Of a DNA stretch of 64,000 nucleotides, positions 27,578 through 36,041 are shown one piece after another. The DNA is from an uncultured Candidatus Saccharibacteria bacterium (GTDB lineage: Bacteria > Patescibacteriota > Minisyncoccia > Phycocordibacterales > UBA9973). The notes below the pieces were generated by a model that had not been told where the DNA came from, made no database searches, and worked only from the letters and a program-made list of their open reading frames with translations. Numbering within the stretch: position 1 is the stretch's first letter; every line of letters begins with the position of its first letter. Location of the stretch: assembly GCA_964484005.1 (NCBI GenBank), contig CAZADR010000003.1:24910-88909 (forward strand), given 5' to 3'. The translations under genes were made by a program, and so were the position numbers.

Positions 27578-29284
27578 TTATTCAAAATATTCAGGTGTAT
27601 TTAAAGACATCCAATCCAACAAACCTCCCATTATAGAAGAAGCTCCCACGCTAGTGGTATTGGGGCCTGCTTCCATCATTATGGTAAAAGCGTATTTAGG
27701 ATTTTCATATGGGAAGAATCCTACTATCCAAGAATTTACTTTATTTTTTGCGACTCCGATTTGAGCAGTACCAGTTTTTGCTGCAACTTCTACATAGGGT
27801 ACATTTAGGGCTACTGCTGTGCCATAAGTCACAGCTTGCCTCATTCCGTCATGCACGATGTCGTAATGCTCCTTTTTAAAATCGAGTGTAGACACAATGT
27901 TTTCTTTTTCGATATCGCTCAACACAAAATGAGGAGTTAATAATTTCCCATTGTTTGCTAGGGCACCCACCGCTCGAACCATCTCTATCGGAGTCACCTG
28001 AAAGCCGTATTGTCCTATCGATGTATGGTAAGTATTTCCTACTCGCCAAGGATCTCCATTAAAATTTTTAAGCTTCCATTCTGGGCTAGGTATTACCCCT
28101 TGTTTTTCGTCTGGTAAGTCAACTCCAGTTTTTTCATCAAAACCAAAAAGCTTTGAATATTTTTCGATATTAGCTATTCCTAAACCTTTTTGACCTTCAA
28201 ATCCCCCGCCGATTTCATAAAAATAGATGTCAGAAGATACGGCGATAGCTTCCATCATGTTGGTCCAGCCGTTCACTCTCCAGTCTTTAAAGACAGTTTT
28301 TTGGTCTGGAAAATAAGGATTTGGAATTGAGATAGACCCAGTGGAGAGAATCTCGGTGTTGGGGTCTATGATACCCTCTGCTAAGGCCGCTAAAGCAAAA
28401 AAAGGTTTTACAATGGAACCAGGTGTGTATAATCCAGAGATGTCTCTATCTAGAAAGAACTTTCTTTTATCTGTGAGATAAGTTTTTATTTTATCTGAAT
28501 CTTTTCCAAAAGAAAGAGTTTCAGAATTATATTCAGGAAAACTTGTGGAAGTTAAAATTTCTCCATTTTGTACGTTCATAATTATTCCTGCTCCCCCGGT
28601 AAATGATTGTTTTTCTGATAGATCTTTTATGAGTGTGTACAATTCTTTTTGAATGCGCGAATCTATAGTGGTGACTAAGTCGCTGCCTTCTTTTGGTGTG
28701 TTTACAATATTTTCTGAATAGACTCTACCTAGGGCGTCTGTCTCTATTATTTTTGAGCCATTTTCTCCCTTAAGTTTTTCATTGTATTGTTTTTCTAGTC
28801 CATCTTTTCCTATAAAATCTCCTTGCCAAAAGATACCCTTACTGTCTTTAGTCGGATAGCTTACATAACCCAAAAGATGTGAAAACCCTGGTGAAATATA
28901 TGCTCGGGTGGGAACAGAAGTAGAATCTTTGTTTTCTTCAGTCTTTTTGTTCCAAGCCAGCTCTACTTTATTGCGGTCATAGATTATCCCCCTGTCGCTG
29001 AATAAGATGTCTTTTTCGAGCGTGTTATTTTGACTCCTTTGGAAATAGGCTTCACCTTTTTCTATTTGAAGATAAAAAAGACGAGTTCCAAAGACTCCAG
29101 TAAAAAATAAAAATAAAATGCCTAAAAGGATAATAGTTTTCTTTGGTATTGGTTTTTCAATACGACCTTCAAATTGTTGTCGGTCAAAATTTTGCAAATT
29201 TGTAGAATCTAAAAAAATTTCGTCGGGTTCTACAAAAGAGCTACCATTTCTAATTTTATTTTTTTTAATAATCCTGTTTATCAT
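27578..29284 (-). CDS. mrdA: Penicillin-binding protein 2 / peptidoglycan D,D-transpeptidase
   Basis: N-terminal TM helix, PBP dimerisation domain, and transpeptidase motifs S-I-V-K, SSD and KTGT. Confidence 0.85.
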   Translation of the reverse strand: MINRIIKKNKIRNGSSFVEPDEIFLDSTNLQNFDRQQFEGRIEKPIPKKTIILLGILFLFFTGVFGTRLFYLQIEKGEAYFQRSQNNTLEKDILFSDRGIIYDRNKVELAWNKKTEENKDSTSVPTRAYISPGFSHLLGYVSYPTKDSKGIFWQGDFIGKDGLEKQYNEKLKGENGSKIIETDALGRVYSENIVNTPKEGSDLVTTIDSRIQKELYTLIKDLSEKQSFTGGAGIIMNVQNGEILTSTSFPEYNSETLSFGKDSDKIKTYLTDKRKFFLDRDISGLYTPGSIVKPFFALAALAEGIIDPNTEILSTGSISIPNPYFPDQKTVFKDWRVNGWTNMMEAIAVSSDIYFYEIGGGFEGQKGLGIANIEKYSKLFGFDEKTGVDLPDEKQGVIPSPEWKLKNFNGDPWRVGNTYHTSIGQYGFQVTPIEMVRAVGALANNGKLLTPHFVLSDIEKENIVSTLDFKKEHYDIVHDGMRQAVTYGTAVALNVPYVEVAAKTGTAQIGVAKNKVNSWIVGFFPYENPKYAFTIMMEAGPNTTSVGASSIMGGLLDWMSLNTPEYFE

Positions 29285-29285
29285 T

Positions 29286-29549
29286 TTATTTATAAAACTT
29301 CAATTTCTTTTTAAGAATTTCTATCAATATCAATAATACTAGAGACAAGAAAAAAGAAACAAAAAGCATATCAAAAAATCTTGCTTCTTTTGTGCCATAG
29401 AGTAAGTCTGACAAAAAGAACAATAAAACTGCTTCAAAGTAGGTAGAAAAATAAAACATACAAACTATAGCAAGTATGACAGAAACCCAAAAGGGCATAA
29501 AAAATATAGAAAATGCTAAGACAATAAAGGCAAAAATTCTCTGAGGCAT
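29286..29549 (-). CDS. Small hydrophobic protein, possibly MreD-like
   Basis: 87 aa with 3 TM helices, immediately upstream of PBP2 (the position MreD occupies in mreBCD-mrdAB operons). Confidence 0.3.
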   Translation of the reverse strand: MPQRIFAFIVLAFSIFFMPFWVSVILAIVCMFYFSTYFEAVLLFFLSDLLYGTKEARFFDMLFVSFFLSLVLLILIEILKKKLKFYK

Positions 29550-29588
29550 ACCCTCATATTACACGCTTAATTTTAAAATACAAATCCT

Positions 29589-30659
29589 TTATTCGCCCAC
29601 ATCATATTTTTCTAAATATGATGTTAAGAGTCTATTCACTTTCAAAAAAGTTGCTCTTTTGGGAAATTCTTTTAGCTGCCTAGCTCCAATATAAGTAGAG
29701 GTGCTTCTAAGCGATCCCATTAGGTCTTGGATGAAATCATGGATGTCTCCCTTGTGAGGAATGAGAGTGTATCTGCCTTCGCTCGCTCTGTGAATATCTT
29801 TTTTACCATAAAATTCTTTCATGGCTTTGTTTGAAGAAGAGCCAAAATATTCTTTGAATTTTTTACCATCTTTTAAGACGGTTTCACCTCCGCTTTGTTC
29901 AAAACCAGAAAATAACGAACCACACATATTAAAATCTGCTCCGCCACAAAATGCCTTTGCTATGTCTGAAGTATATTGTTGACCACCATCTGCAATTATT
30001 CTTCCGACCCCTCTTTCATTAGCGACTCCGTGAGCAGAATCTGCACATTCTATGACGGCTGAGAGTTGAGGATATCCTACACCCGTCATCTTTCTGGTGG
30101 TGCAGGCGGAGCCGGGACCAATCCCTATCTTTACTATGTCGGCTCCAGCTAAAATAATCTCTTCAGTCATTTCGTTGGTGACAACATTTCCTGCAATTAT
30201 TATATGTTTTGGGCAAATTTTTCTAACCTCTTTTATTACTTCTAGAAAAATTTGTAGATAACCATTTGGCACATCCAAACAAATAAAAGAGAATTTTTCC
30301 AATAAACCCTTTTTCTTCATCAATTTTAATTGCTGGATATCTTTTTCCCTAATACCTAATGTGTAGCAAATATAATCTGGGTTTTTGAAACTTTTTAAAA
30401 ATTTTTCGTAATCTTTTATAGTGTAGTATTTATGAAAGGCTGTCAGCATCTTGTATTTTGAAAGTTCTTTTGCCATTTCAAATGTTCCACAAGTTGCCAT
30501 ATTGGAGGCAAAGATTGGGAGACCTGTCCATTTTTTGGGAGAATGATAAAAAGTAAAAGTTCTTTCAAGAAGAACATCTTTTCTTGATTCCAAGGTACTT
30601 CTCTTTGGTCTGAGTAGTACGTCTTGATAATCCAATTTTACATCATCTAATATTCTCAT
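29589..30659 (-). CDS. guaC: GMP reductase
   Basis: N-terminus MRILDDVKLDYQDVLLRPKRSTLESR is almost collinear with E. coli GuaC. IMPDH/GMPR TIM barrel with GIGPGSACTTR. Confidence 0.85.
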   Translation of the reverse strand: MRILDDVKLDYQDVLLRPKRSTLESRKDVLLERTFTFYHSPKKWTGLPIFASNMATCGTFEMAKELSKYKMLTAFHKYYTIKDYEKFLKSFKNPDYICYTLGIREKDIQQLKLMKKKGLLEKFSFICLDVPNGYLQIFLEVIKEVRKICPKHIIIAGNVVTNEMTEEIILAGADIVKIGIGPGSACTTRKMTGVGYPQLSAVIECADSAHGVANERGVGRIIADGGQQYTSDIAKAFCGGADFNMCGSLFSGFEQSGGETVLKDGKKFKEYFGSSSNKAMKEFYGKKDIHRASEGRYTLIPHKGDIHDFIQDLMGSLRSTSTYIGARQLKEFPKRATFLKVNRLLTSYLEKYDVGE

Positions 30660-31079
30660 TTATTTTTTTAGCCAGATTTTGTCTAGAGACCAAGAGTCTA
30701 TTCCATTTAAGAAAATTGAAAACATTGCCATTGTGAGTCCAAAATCACGAACTCCTACACCTGTATAGCCTACTACAGTCGTGATATGAAGCAAGTGTAG
30801 AGCTAGAACAAGTGATACTACTCTTGTAAAAAGGCCCAACAAGAGACAAGAGGCAAAAATAACCTCAAATACTCCATTTATATAAACTAAAGTGACAGCA
30901 GACATACCAGACATAGAAATAATCCAATCTGGAATCAAGCTCGTCCATGCGTTGGTATTTAAAAGCTGTTGTGAACCAAACCATAAAAACACTAAAGATA
31001 AACCAATACGAACAACTACAGGTGCAAAAGACTTCATTTTTTCTGCCCAATTTTTATTTTGATTATATATTTCTTCCAT
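30660..31079 (-). CDS. DoxX-family membrane protein
   Basis: 139 aa with 4 TM helices and DoxX-like N-terminal VVVRIGLSLVFLWFG. Confidence 0.65.
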   Translation of the reverse strand: MEEIYNQNKNWAEKMKSFAPVVVRIGLSLVFLWFGSQQLLNTNAWTSLIPDWIISMSGMSAVTLVYINGVFEVIFASCLLLGLFTRVVSLVLALHLLHITTVVGYTGVGVRDFGLTMAMFSIFLNGIDSWSLDKIWLKK

Positions 31080-31080
31080 T

Positions 31081-31560
31081 TTATTTTTTATAAGTTCCTA
31101 TTAAAAAAGTTTCTAATTTAGATTCTTGTTTTTCTTTACCACCATGTTGTCCTTCAAAAGCGAGGGTTCCATCCTTACCACAAATTTTAAGAATATTTTC
31201 TTCTCCGCCTGGGTGCATATTTATCCACGGGGTTAAATCATATACATTATCTTTTACTATGGTCCAGCAGCTTGCTGCACCACCATGAGCTGTTACTTCT
31301 GCCAAAGTGTAAGCTTTGGTGATTGCGGGTGTTTCTGTATTATTTTGAATCTGTATATTTGAAATATTTTCTTCTACAGGTTTTATGTCCTCCACAATTT
31401 CTGGAACAGTTTCAACTGAGGTTGGTTTGTCTTTAGTATATTTTAACCCAAATACGATTGCTATTATTAATACAAACAAGGAAACTAAAAAAATGATTGT
31501 TGATTTCATAGGTTTGTATTTTAACATTTTCACAAAAAAATGTGAATTTTTATTTTTCAA
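31081..31560 (-). CDS. Membrane-anchored cytochrome b5-like heme-binding domain protein
   Basis: N-terminal TM helix. C-terminal cyt-b5 fold with HPGG and a second His (FEGQHGG). Confidence 0.7.
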   Translation of the reverse strand: MKNKNSHFFVKMLKYKPMKSTIIFLVSLFVLIIAIVFGLKYTKDKPTSVETVPEIVEDIKPVEENISNIQIQNNTETPAITKAYTLAEVTAHGGAASCWTIVKDNVYDLTPWINMHPGGEENILKICGKDGTLAFEGQHGGKEKQESKLETFLIGTYKK

Positions 31561-32167
31561 CCAAAACTGCGGTCACCACTAGGCGTTTGTCGTGTGTTTT
31601 GTAGTCTTGAATCCAAGTTCCTGTGCAAGTAATAAGTTTTATTAATTTTTGATCATTACCAGTGAAGACCTCACTTAATCTTGAGTCGAAATTAAAAACA
31701 TCTGTTTTTGTTACTGAAAAATGTAAAAGCTGACCGTCTTCTCTCTTTATATAAATATCGTCTCCTTCTTGGAGTTCTTCTAGTCTGCTAAAAACAGCCG
31801 GAAGAGCGATACCGTTGTTTACATGGCCTGCTATTATGGCACTACCACTATTTCCCGGTATTACTCCGTATTTATACCATCCTACATCTGTAAAGTTATT
31901 TGGGGCTGCCATATTGCCTTTTTTAGAGATACCAACTTTTTGAATTTCCGTGTCTATTTCAAGTTTTGGAATAGAAATATATGCTGGATATTCTGGCGTT
32001 GTGGATGTTTTGGTACTGTCGGTATTTATGACACTATCTTGTATATTTTCTATGGCCTGTGGATCTAGTGGTATTTCGTCATTTGGGGCATAGAAAAAAG
32101 TCCTAATTAAAACTAGACAAAAAACAAAAATTATAAAGATACTTGTTAATAGTTTTATTGTGCGCAT
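31550..32167 (-). CDS. Sortase-family transpeptidase
   Basis: N-terminal TM anchor, catalytic His (IIAGHVN), TLxTC-type motif (LIKLITCTG) and conserved Arg (RLVVTA). Confidence 0.85.
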   Translation of the reverse strand: MRTIKLLTSIFIIFVFCLVLIRTFFYAPNDEIPLDPQAIENIQDSVINTDSTKTSTTPEYPAYISIPKLEIDTEIQKVGISKKGNMAAPNNFTDVGWYKYGVIPGNSGSAIIAGHVNNGIALPAVFSRLEELQEGDDIYIKREDGQLLHFSVTKTDVFNFDSRLSEVFTGNDQKLIKLITCTGTWIQDYKTHDKRLVVTAVLVEK

Positions 32168-32201
32168 TATAATTTTTAGGGTTTTTTAAAGTAAGAACAA
32201 A

Positions 32202-32232
32202 GAACGAGTATCATTTTTTTTGATACTCGTTC
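32202..32232 (-). terminator. Perfect 12-bp hairpin between the sortase-substrate gene and the sortase gene
   Basis: gaacgagtatca-ttttttt-tgatactcgttc, followed by a U-rich tract on the minus strand. Confidence 0.5.
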
Positions 32233-32246
32233 CTGTCCTTTTCAGT

Positions 32247-32741
32247 TTAAGATTTACGAGATAAACGGGTAAGATGCAAGAAACCAAAACTTGCAGCAAT
32301 TCCCAAGCCTATAAGCAGTAAGATGTTTTGAAGAGTATTTCCTCCAAAACCTGTGACAGGAAAGCCAACGGATGATGTTGTTCCTCCGCCAGCAGGCCCA
32401 AATATGGTTCCATTACATGCCCAACCATTTATCGTGCTGTACCCAAGTGTGGATGAACACCCAGCTAGATAAGAAAATAGAGCGACAGAGCCTCCACTAC
32501 ACGGTGCCCCATTTGCTGTACTATATCCCAATGCGGATGAAGAACATCCGGACAAAAATCCCATATAGGCAGCCGAACTGCCATTACAAGGATTTCCAGT
32601 CGTCACGCTGTATCCGAGGCCGGATGCACAACCTGAAGGAAATGAAGCAGTCTGAGCATTGGCTTTAGATACTCCAACGAATCCAACTCCAGCAACAATA
32701 ATTGCTAAAGAAAGAAAAAGATAAAAAGTTTTTGTTTTCAT
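32247..32741 (-). CDS. Predicted sortase substrate: secreted 4x Cys-repeat protein with C-terminal FPVTG sorting signal
   Basis: Signal peptide. Four repeats of about 27 aa (GC.S.LGYS..NG.PC.G), giving 8 Cys. C-terminal FPVTG + hydrophobic segment + RLSRKS tail. Confidence 0.7.
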   Translation of the reverse strand: MKTKTFYLFLSLAIIVAGVGFVGVSKANAQTASFPSGCASGLGYSVTTGNPCNGSSAAYMGFLSGCSSSALGYSTANGAPCSGGSVALFSYLAGCSSTLGYSTINGWACNGTIFGPAGGGTTSSVGFPVTGFGGNTLQNILLLIGLGIAASFGFLHLTRLSRKS

Positions 32742-32861
32742 AAAATTAATAATCTTTCTGTTACAGAGTTGATAATATTATTAACTAATAAATACGACCT
32801 TTATATCTATGTAATTATAGACCTAAAGTGTCAATTTAGCACTAGTAGCTAGGAAAAACCC

Positions 32862-33305
32862 TTATTTTTCAACAAAAGAGAGATCTTTGTCGTCGAGCTG
32901 TTTTGCCATTTCTTCTCTGGTATAGCCTTGGATATTTTTTGTATTGTAGTGGTATATATTTCCACCGTTATAAGCCAAAGTTACGCAATCACTGCCGTTT
33001 TTGCATGAAGCATGAATTACAAGATGAATATCTTTTGGAGAGATGCCTTGCTCTAGCCACTCTTTTCTAAGAGTTTCTATTAGGGCAACTGTGTCTTCTG
33101 TGCTGTTTAGATATCCTCCTAATTTATTTCTTTCATCTTCTTGTCTTAATTTTTCAGCGAGTTCTTCTGCTTCTGGATTTGCTAAATCAATTGAAACTAG
33201 CTCTACTCCACTTTCAGCGGCTACTTCTTCTTCAGAAGGAAGCTCTGAAGGCATTCCTAGGTCTTTTAACTTCCCTTCCCATTCATTCATTGATTCCATG
33301 TTCAT
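32862..33305 (-). CDS. Hypothetical acidic protein
   Basis: 147 aa. No recognisable family. Confidence 0.4.
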   Translation of the reverse strand: MNMESMNEWEGKLKDLGMPSELPSEEEVAAESGVELVSIDLANPEAEELAEKLRQEDERNKLGGYLNSTEDTVALIETLRKEWLEQGISPKDIHLVIHASCKNGSDCVTLAYNGGNIYHYNTKNIQGYTREEMAKQLDDKDLSFVEK

Positions 33306-33334
33306 ATTTTTATTATAGCACTGTTAATATGCCC

Positions 33335-33994
33335 CTAGTCACTGTTTATTAAAAATTTAAAGCTCTGTATTATTTTTTCAAGTTCATTTTGAATTTTGAG
33401 TTTATTAAACTCTGTGATTCCTTGGTCTCCCGAATAGTTTTCAATATTTGTGGAATGAATAGTATATTCAATAGCATAACAATCCCCATCCACTATACCC
33501 TTGTAACTCGTGGAGTCATAGAAATTTCCCACAGCGCCTTCACTAAATGTAAATTTTTTGAATTGAAAATTGTCTACAGTCACAAAACCATTGTCGCTAT
33601 AGCTATCTAGTGTTTTGTTTAAGCAATTATTTATGGCATTTGGTTTAGTAGATCTTCCTACGGTGAGAAAGGCATTAGAGAAATTTGTATTTGGCATATA
33701 TTCTTTTGGAACATTTATTCTTGTAAGGACAATGCCGAGCTCTTTTGCATTCAAACTCCATTCTATCGTGGGGATTTGTGCTCCCTCTGTATTTGTAAAA
33801 GATGAGTTGTAATTAAAAGAAAAAACATTATTGGAGTCGGTAAAATTTTTGTCTTCAGGTAAAGAGCTAGAGACAGCCTCTGTCTCTGTCGATAAAATTT
33901 TATCAACTAATTTGGGCACCCAGATTTTTTGAGTAAATAGTAAAGCTATTCCGATAATTATTAAAATCAATAAAAATATTCTTAATGTTTTCAT
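33335..33994 (-). CDS. Hypothetical secreted/membrane-anchored protein
   Basis: 219 aa, N-terminal TM helix or signal anchor. No recognisable family. Confidence 0.45.
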   Translation of the reverse strand: MKTLRIFLLILIIIGIALLFTQKIWVPKLVDKILSTETEAVSSSLPEDKNFTDSNNVFSFNYNSSFTNTEGAQIPTIEWSLNAKELGIVLTRINVPKEYMPNTNFSNAFLTVGRSTKPNAINNCLNKTLDSYSDNGFVTVDNFQFKKFTFSEGAVGNFYDSTSYKGIVDGDCYAIEYTIHSTNIENYSGDQGITEFNKLKIQNELEKIIQSFKFLINSD

Positions 33995-34029
33995 ATTTTA
34001 TATTATAGCAAAAATTAGAACTTTACTCC

Positions 34030-34308
34030 TTACTTTTTAAGTAAGGCAAGTTTGGTTTTAGTGCCACCTTTTCCAGAATATCCACCAATGGAGCCATCAC
34101 TCCTTATTACTCTATGACAAGGTATTTTTATTGTTACAGGATTAGCTCCGACAGCATTTGCTACGGCCCTGATTGCTTTTGGCTTATTTATTTTTTTCGC
34201 GAGTTCTTTATAGGTAATAGTTTTTCCTTTTGGAATTTGAAGCAAAGACTTCCAAACCTTTTTCTGAAAGTCTGTGCCTTTTAATTTATTAATATTTATA
34301 TTCGGCAT
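34030..34308 (-). CDS. ogt: Methylated-DNA--protein-cysteine methyltransferase (DNA-binding/active-site domain only)
   Basis: Active-site PCHRVI motif. 92 aa, so a C-terminal MGMT domain alone. Confidence 0.8.
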   Translation of the reverse strand: MPNININKLKGTDFQKKVWKSLLQIPKGKTITYKELAKKINKPKAIRAVANAVGANPVTIKIPCHRVIRSDGSIGGYSGKGGTKTKLALLKK

Positions 34309-34314
34309 AAATTT

Positions 34315-34662
34315 TTAGTAAAAGGATAAAATTATTCTGAGTATTACTATCAATAAACCAGTGATAAAAATGGTTCCAAAAATCTGCTTGTTGTATTTTG
34401 CTAATTTTTCTGGAAGATAAATATCAAAATTAGCTTCCCTGTTCTCGGTATATTTCATTGCCATTGGCGTCAAAGGACAAAACCATTTATTTACAAATAG
34501 TACTAGAGATTCTAAAACTAAAAGCCCTATCGAAATCCAGAGCCAGATAGAAAATATTCCGATTACTCCTGCGTAGAATATATATATTGTAGCCGAGGCC
34601 ATAACCACCCAAACTGCCGTATGTAAGATTTTTATAAGAGCAAGTACGGTTTCATTTTTCAT
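34315..34662 (-). CDS. Hypothetical membrane protein
   Basis: 115 aa with 3 TM helices and a WFCPLTP motif. Confidence 0.45.
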   Translation of the reverse strand: MKNETVLALIKILHTAVWVVMASATIYIFYAGVIGIFSIWLWISIGLLVLESLVLFVNKWFCPLTPMAMKYTENREANFDIYLPEKLAKYNKQIFGTIFITGLLIVILRIILSFY

Positions 34663-34675
34663 TGTTTTATTATAT

Positions 34676-34709
34676 CAAAAAAGAAAAAGCAGACCTATGC
34701 CAGATCTGC
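34676..34709 (-). terminator. Rho-independent terminator of the 34695-34955 gene (its hairpin contains the stop codon)
   Basis: gcagatctggcataggtctgc hairpin followed by tttttcttttttt on the minus strand. Confidence 0.65.
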
Positions 34710-34955
34710 TTTGTTTTGAAAAACTTGAATGTCAGCTTCATTGATTTCCCAGTGTATGGTGCATCGATCCTCCTCATTGGGATCACAGCAGTCACACTCC
34801 CAGTCATCTTCCCACGCGAAAAATTTTCCGTTGGGGGTTTTGATGACATGTATGTCATGATTCCTGCCCTTGAGGATGCACTCAGCCAAGTAGCCTTCAC
34901 TCGGGTAATAGCCAGTCATCTGCCATTGCCTTGGAGCAATCTTTCCACAAGTCAT
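34695..34955 (-). CDS. Hypothetical Cys-rich small protein, 86 aa (CDCC...C cluster); compositionally foreign
   Basis: AGGAGG RBS 6 nt upstream of the ATG (aaAGGAGGctcttt-ATG). Its own promoter and terminator. GC is well above neighbouring genes. Confidence 0.6.
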   Translation of the reverse strand: MTCGKIAPRQWQMTGYYPSEGYLAECILKGRNHDIHVIKTPNGKFFAWEDDWECDCCDPNEEDRCTIHWEINEADIQVFQNKADLA

Positions 34956-35067
34956 AAAGAGCCTCCTTTCTGAAATTATCCTAGCTTATGACACAACAAG
35001 AAGCAAATAAGAATCTGATGGATTTTTACTCAGATTTATGTTATAAATTATAATGTTTTTAAGAAAT

Positions 35068-35138
35068 TGGGAGATCGTCTAACGGTAGGACAGCGGCCTT
35101 TGAAGCCGTGAATCTTGGTTCGATTCCAAGTCTCCCAG
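35068..35138 (+). tRNA. tRNA-Gln (anticodon UUG)
   Basis: Cloverleaf: acceptor tgggaga/tctccca (U1-A72, as in bacterial tRNA-Gln), anticodon loop cTTTGaa, T-loop ttcgatt. No CCA encoded. Confidence 0.85.
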
Positions 35139-35160
35139 CAAATTCTGGTATAATAAAAAC

Positions 35161-35784
35161 ATGCCAAAAGAAAATTGGGATACCCAACACATAAAATATG
35201 CAGAAGCTGAATGGATAGATAAACCTAGTATATTTGCGCAAAATGCAATTAAATTTTTTCCAGATACTGGGAATATTGTTGACTTGGGTTGTGGTCAAGG
35301 ACAGGACTCAAGATTTTTTGCTCAACATGGCTACAATGTTGTAGGGGCAGATTTTTCAAGTGAAGCAATTAAAATTGCTAAGGAAAAAAGTAAAGATTTA
35401 GATTTTAAAGTTTTAGACATTTCAAAACCTCTTCCTTTCGAAGATACATCTTTTGATGTTGTGTATTCCCATCTTGCTGTCCACTATTTTAATAAAGAAA
35501 CAACAGAATTAATTTTCAAAGAATTATCTCGTATCCTAAAAAAGGATGGTGTCCTAGCAATTTTTGTTAATTCAGTGAATGATCCAGAGTATGGAACTGG
35601 CACACAAATTGAAGAAGACTATTTTGCTATTGGAAACATGCAGAAACGTTATTTTAGCCAAGAATCCCTAAAGCATTATGTTGAGGGATTTGAACCTTTG
35701 CTATTAGACGAGAAAGGTGAAACATATAAAGACAGGGCAGTTGGTGTTTCAAACTTAGTCCAGTTCATAGGAAGAAAGATTTAA
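35161..35784 (+). CDS. Class I SAM-dependent methyltransferase
   Basis: Motif I VDLGCGQGQD. Methyltransf_11-like fold. 207 aa. Confidence 0.8.
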   Translation: MPKENWDTQHIKYAEAEWIDKPSIFAQNAIKFFPDTGNIVDLGCGQGQDSRFFAQHGYNVVGADFSSEAIKIAKEKSKDLDFKVLDISKPLPFEDTSFDVVYSHLAVHYFNKETTELIFKELSRILKKDGVLAIFVNSVNDPEYGTGTQIEEDYFAIGNMQKRYFSQESLKHYVEGFEPLLLDEKGETYKDRAVGVSNLVQFIGRKI

Positions 35785-35868
35785 GGCGGTTCCAACGTCG
35801 TGCCAGACTCCCAGCTCGTCGTTTAAGCTATATAAAATAATATAAATAGGTTTAATCCTAAATAATTT

Positions 35869-36036
35869 TTAACTCAATTTTTTCCATCTATGAGTCTTTT
35901 TTCTATTACTGCAATTGGCACATTTGAAATCATCAGGAACATCTTCCCATTTGGTGCCAGGTGCTATTCCTCTTTCGGGATATCCTTTTATTTCGTCATA
36001 TATCCACCCGCAATCTGAACATTGATATTTAGACAT
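35869..36036 (-). CDS. Rubredoxin-like protein (55 aa; below the ORF-track cutoff)
   Basis: MSKYQCSDCGWIYDE...GIAPGTKWEDVPDDFKCANCS: the first motif CxxCG is canonical, and the second is CANCS where CPxCG is usual. Sits immediately downstream of dnaX on the same strand. Confidence 0.65.
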   Translation of the reverse strand: MSKYQCSDCGWIYDEIKGYPERGIAPGTKWEDVPDDFKCANCSNRKKTHRWKKLS

Positions 36037-36041
36037 AAATT

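Noticed and set aside
29286-29549. Calling the 87-aa hydrophobic ORF MreD with confidence
   Set aside because: Only genomic position (upstream of PBP2) and hydrophobicity support it. It is about half the usual MreD length, and mreC is not present nearby, so it is kept as a low-confidence label.
32372-32668. 98-aa plus-strand ORF inside the sortase-substrate gene
   Set aside because: It is antisense to a well-supported secreted repeat protein (signal peptide, sorting signal). It has no signals of its own.
34662-34973. 103-aa plus-strand ORF and 76-aa minus-strand ORF (34670-34900) overlapping the 34695-34955 gene
   Set aside because: Only the 34695-34955 frame has a promoter, an RBS and a terminator. 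The other frames are open merely because GC-rich DNA has few stop codons.
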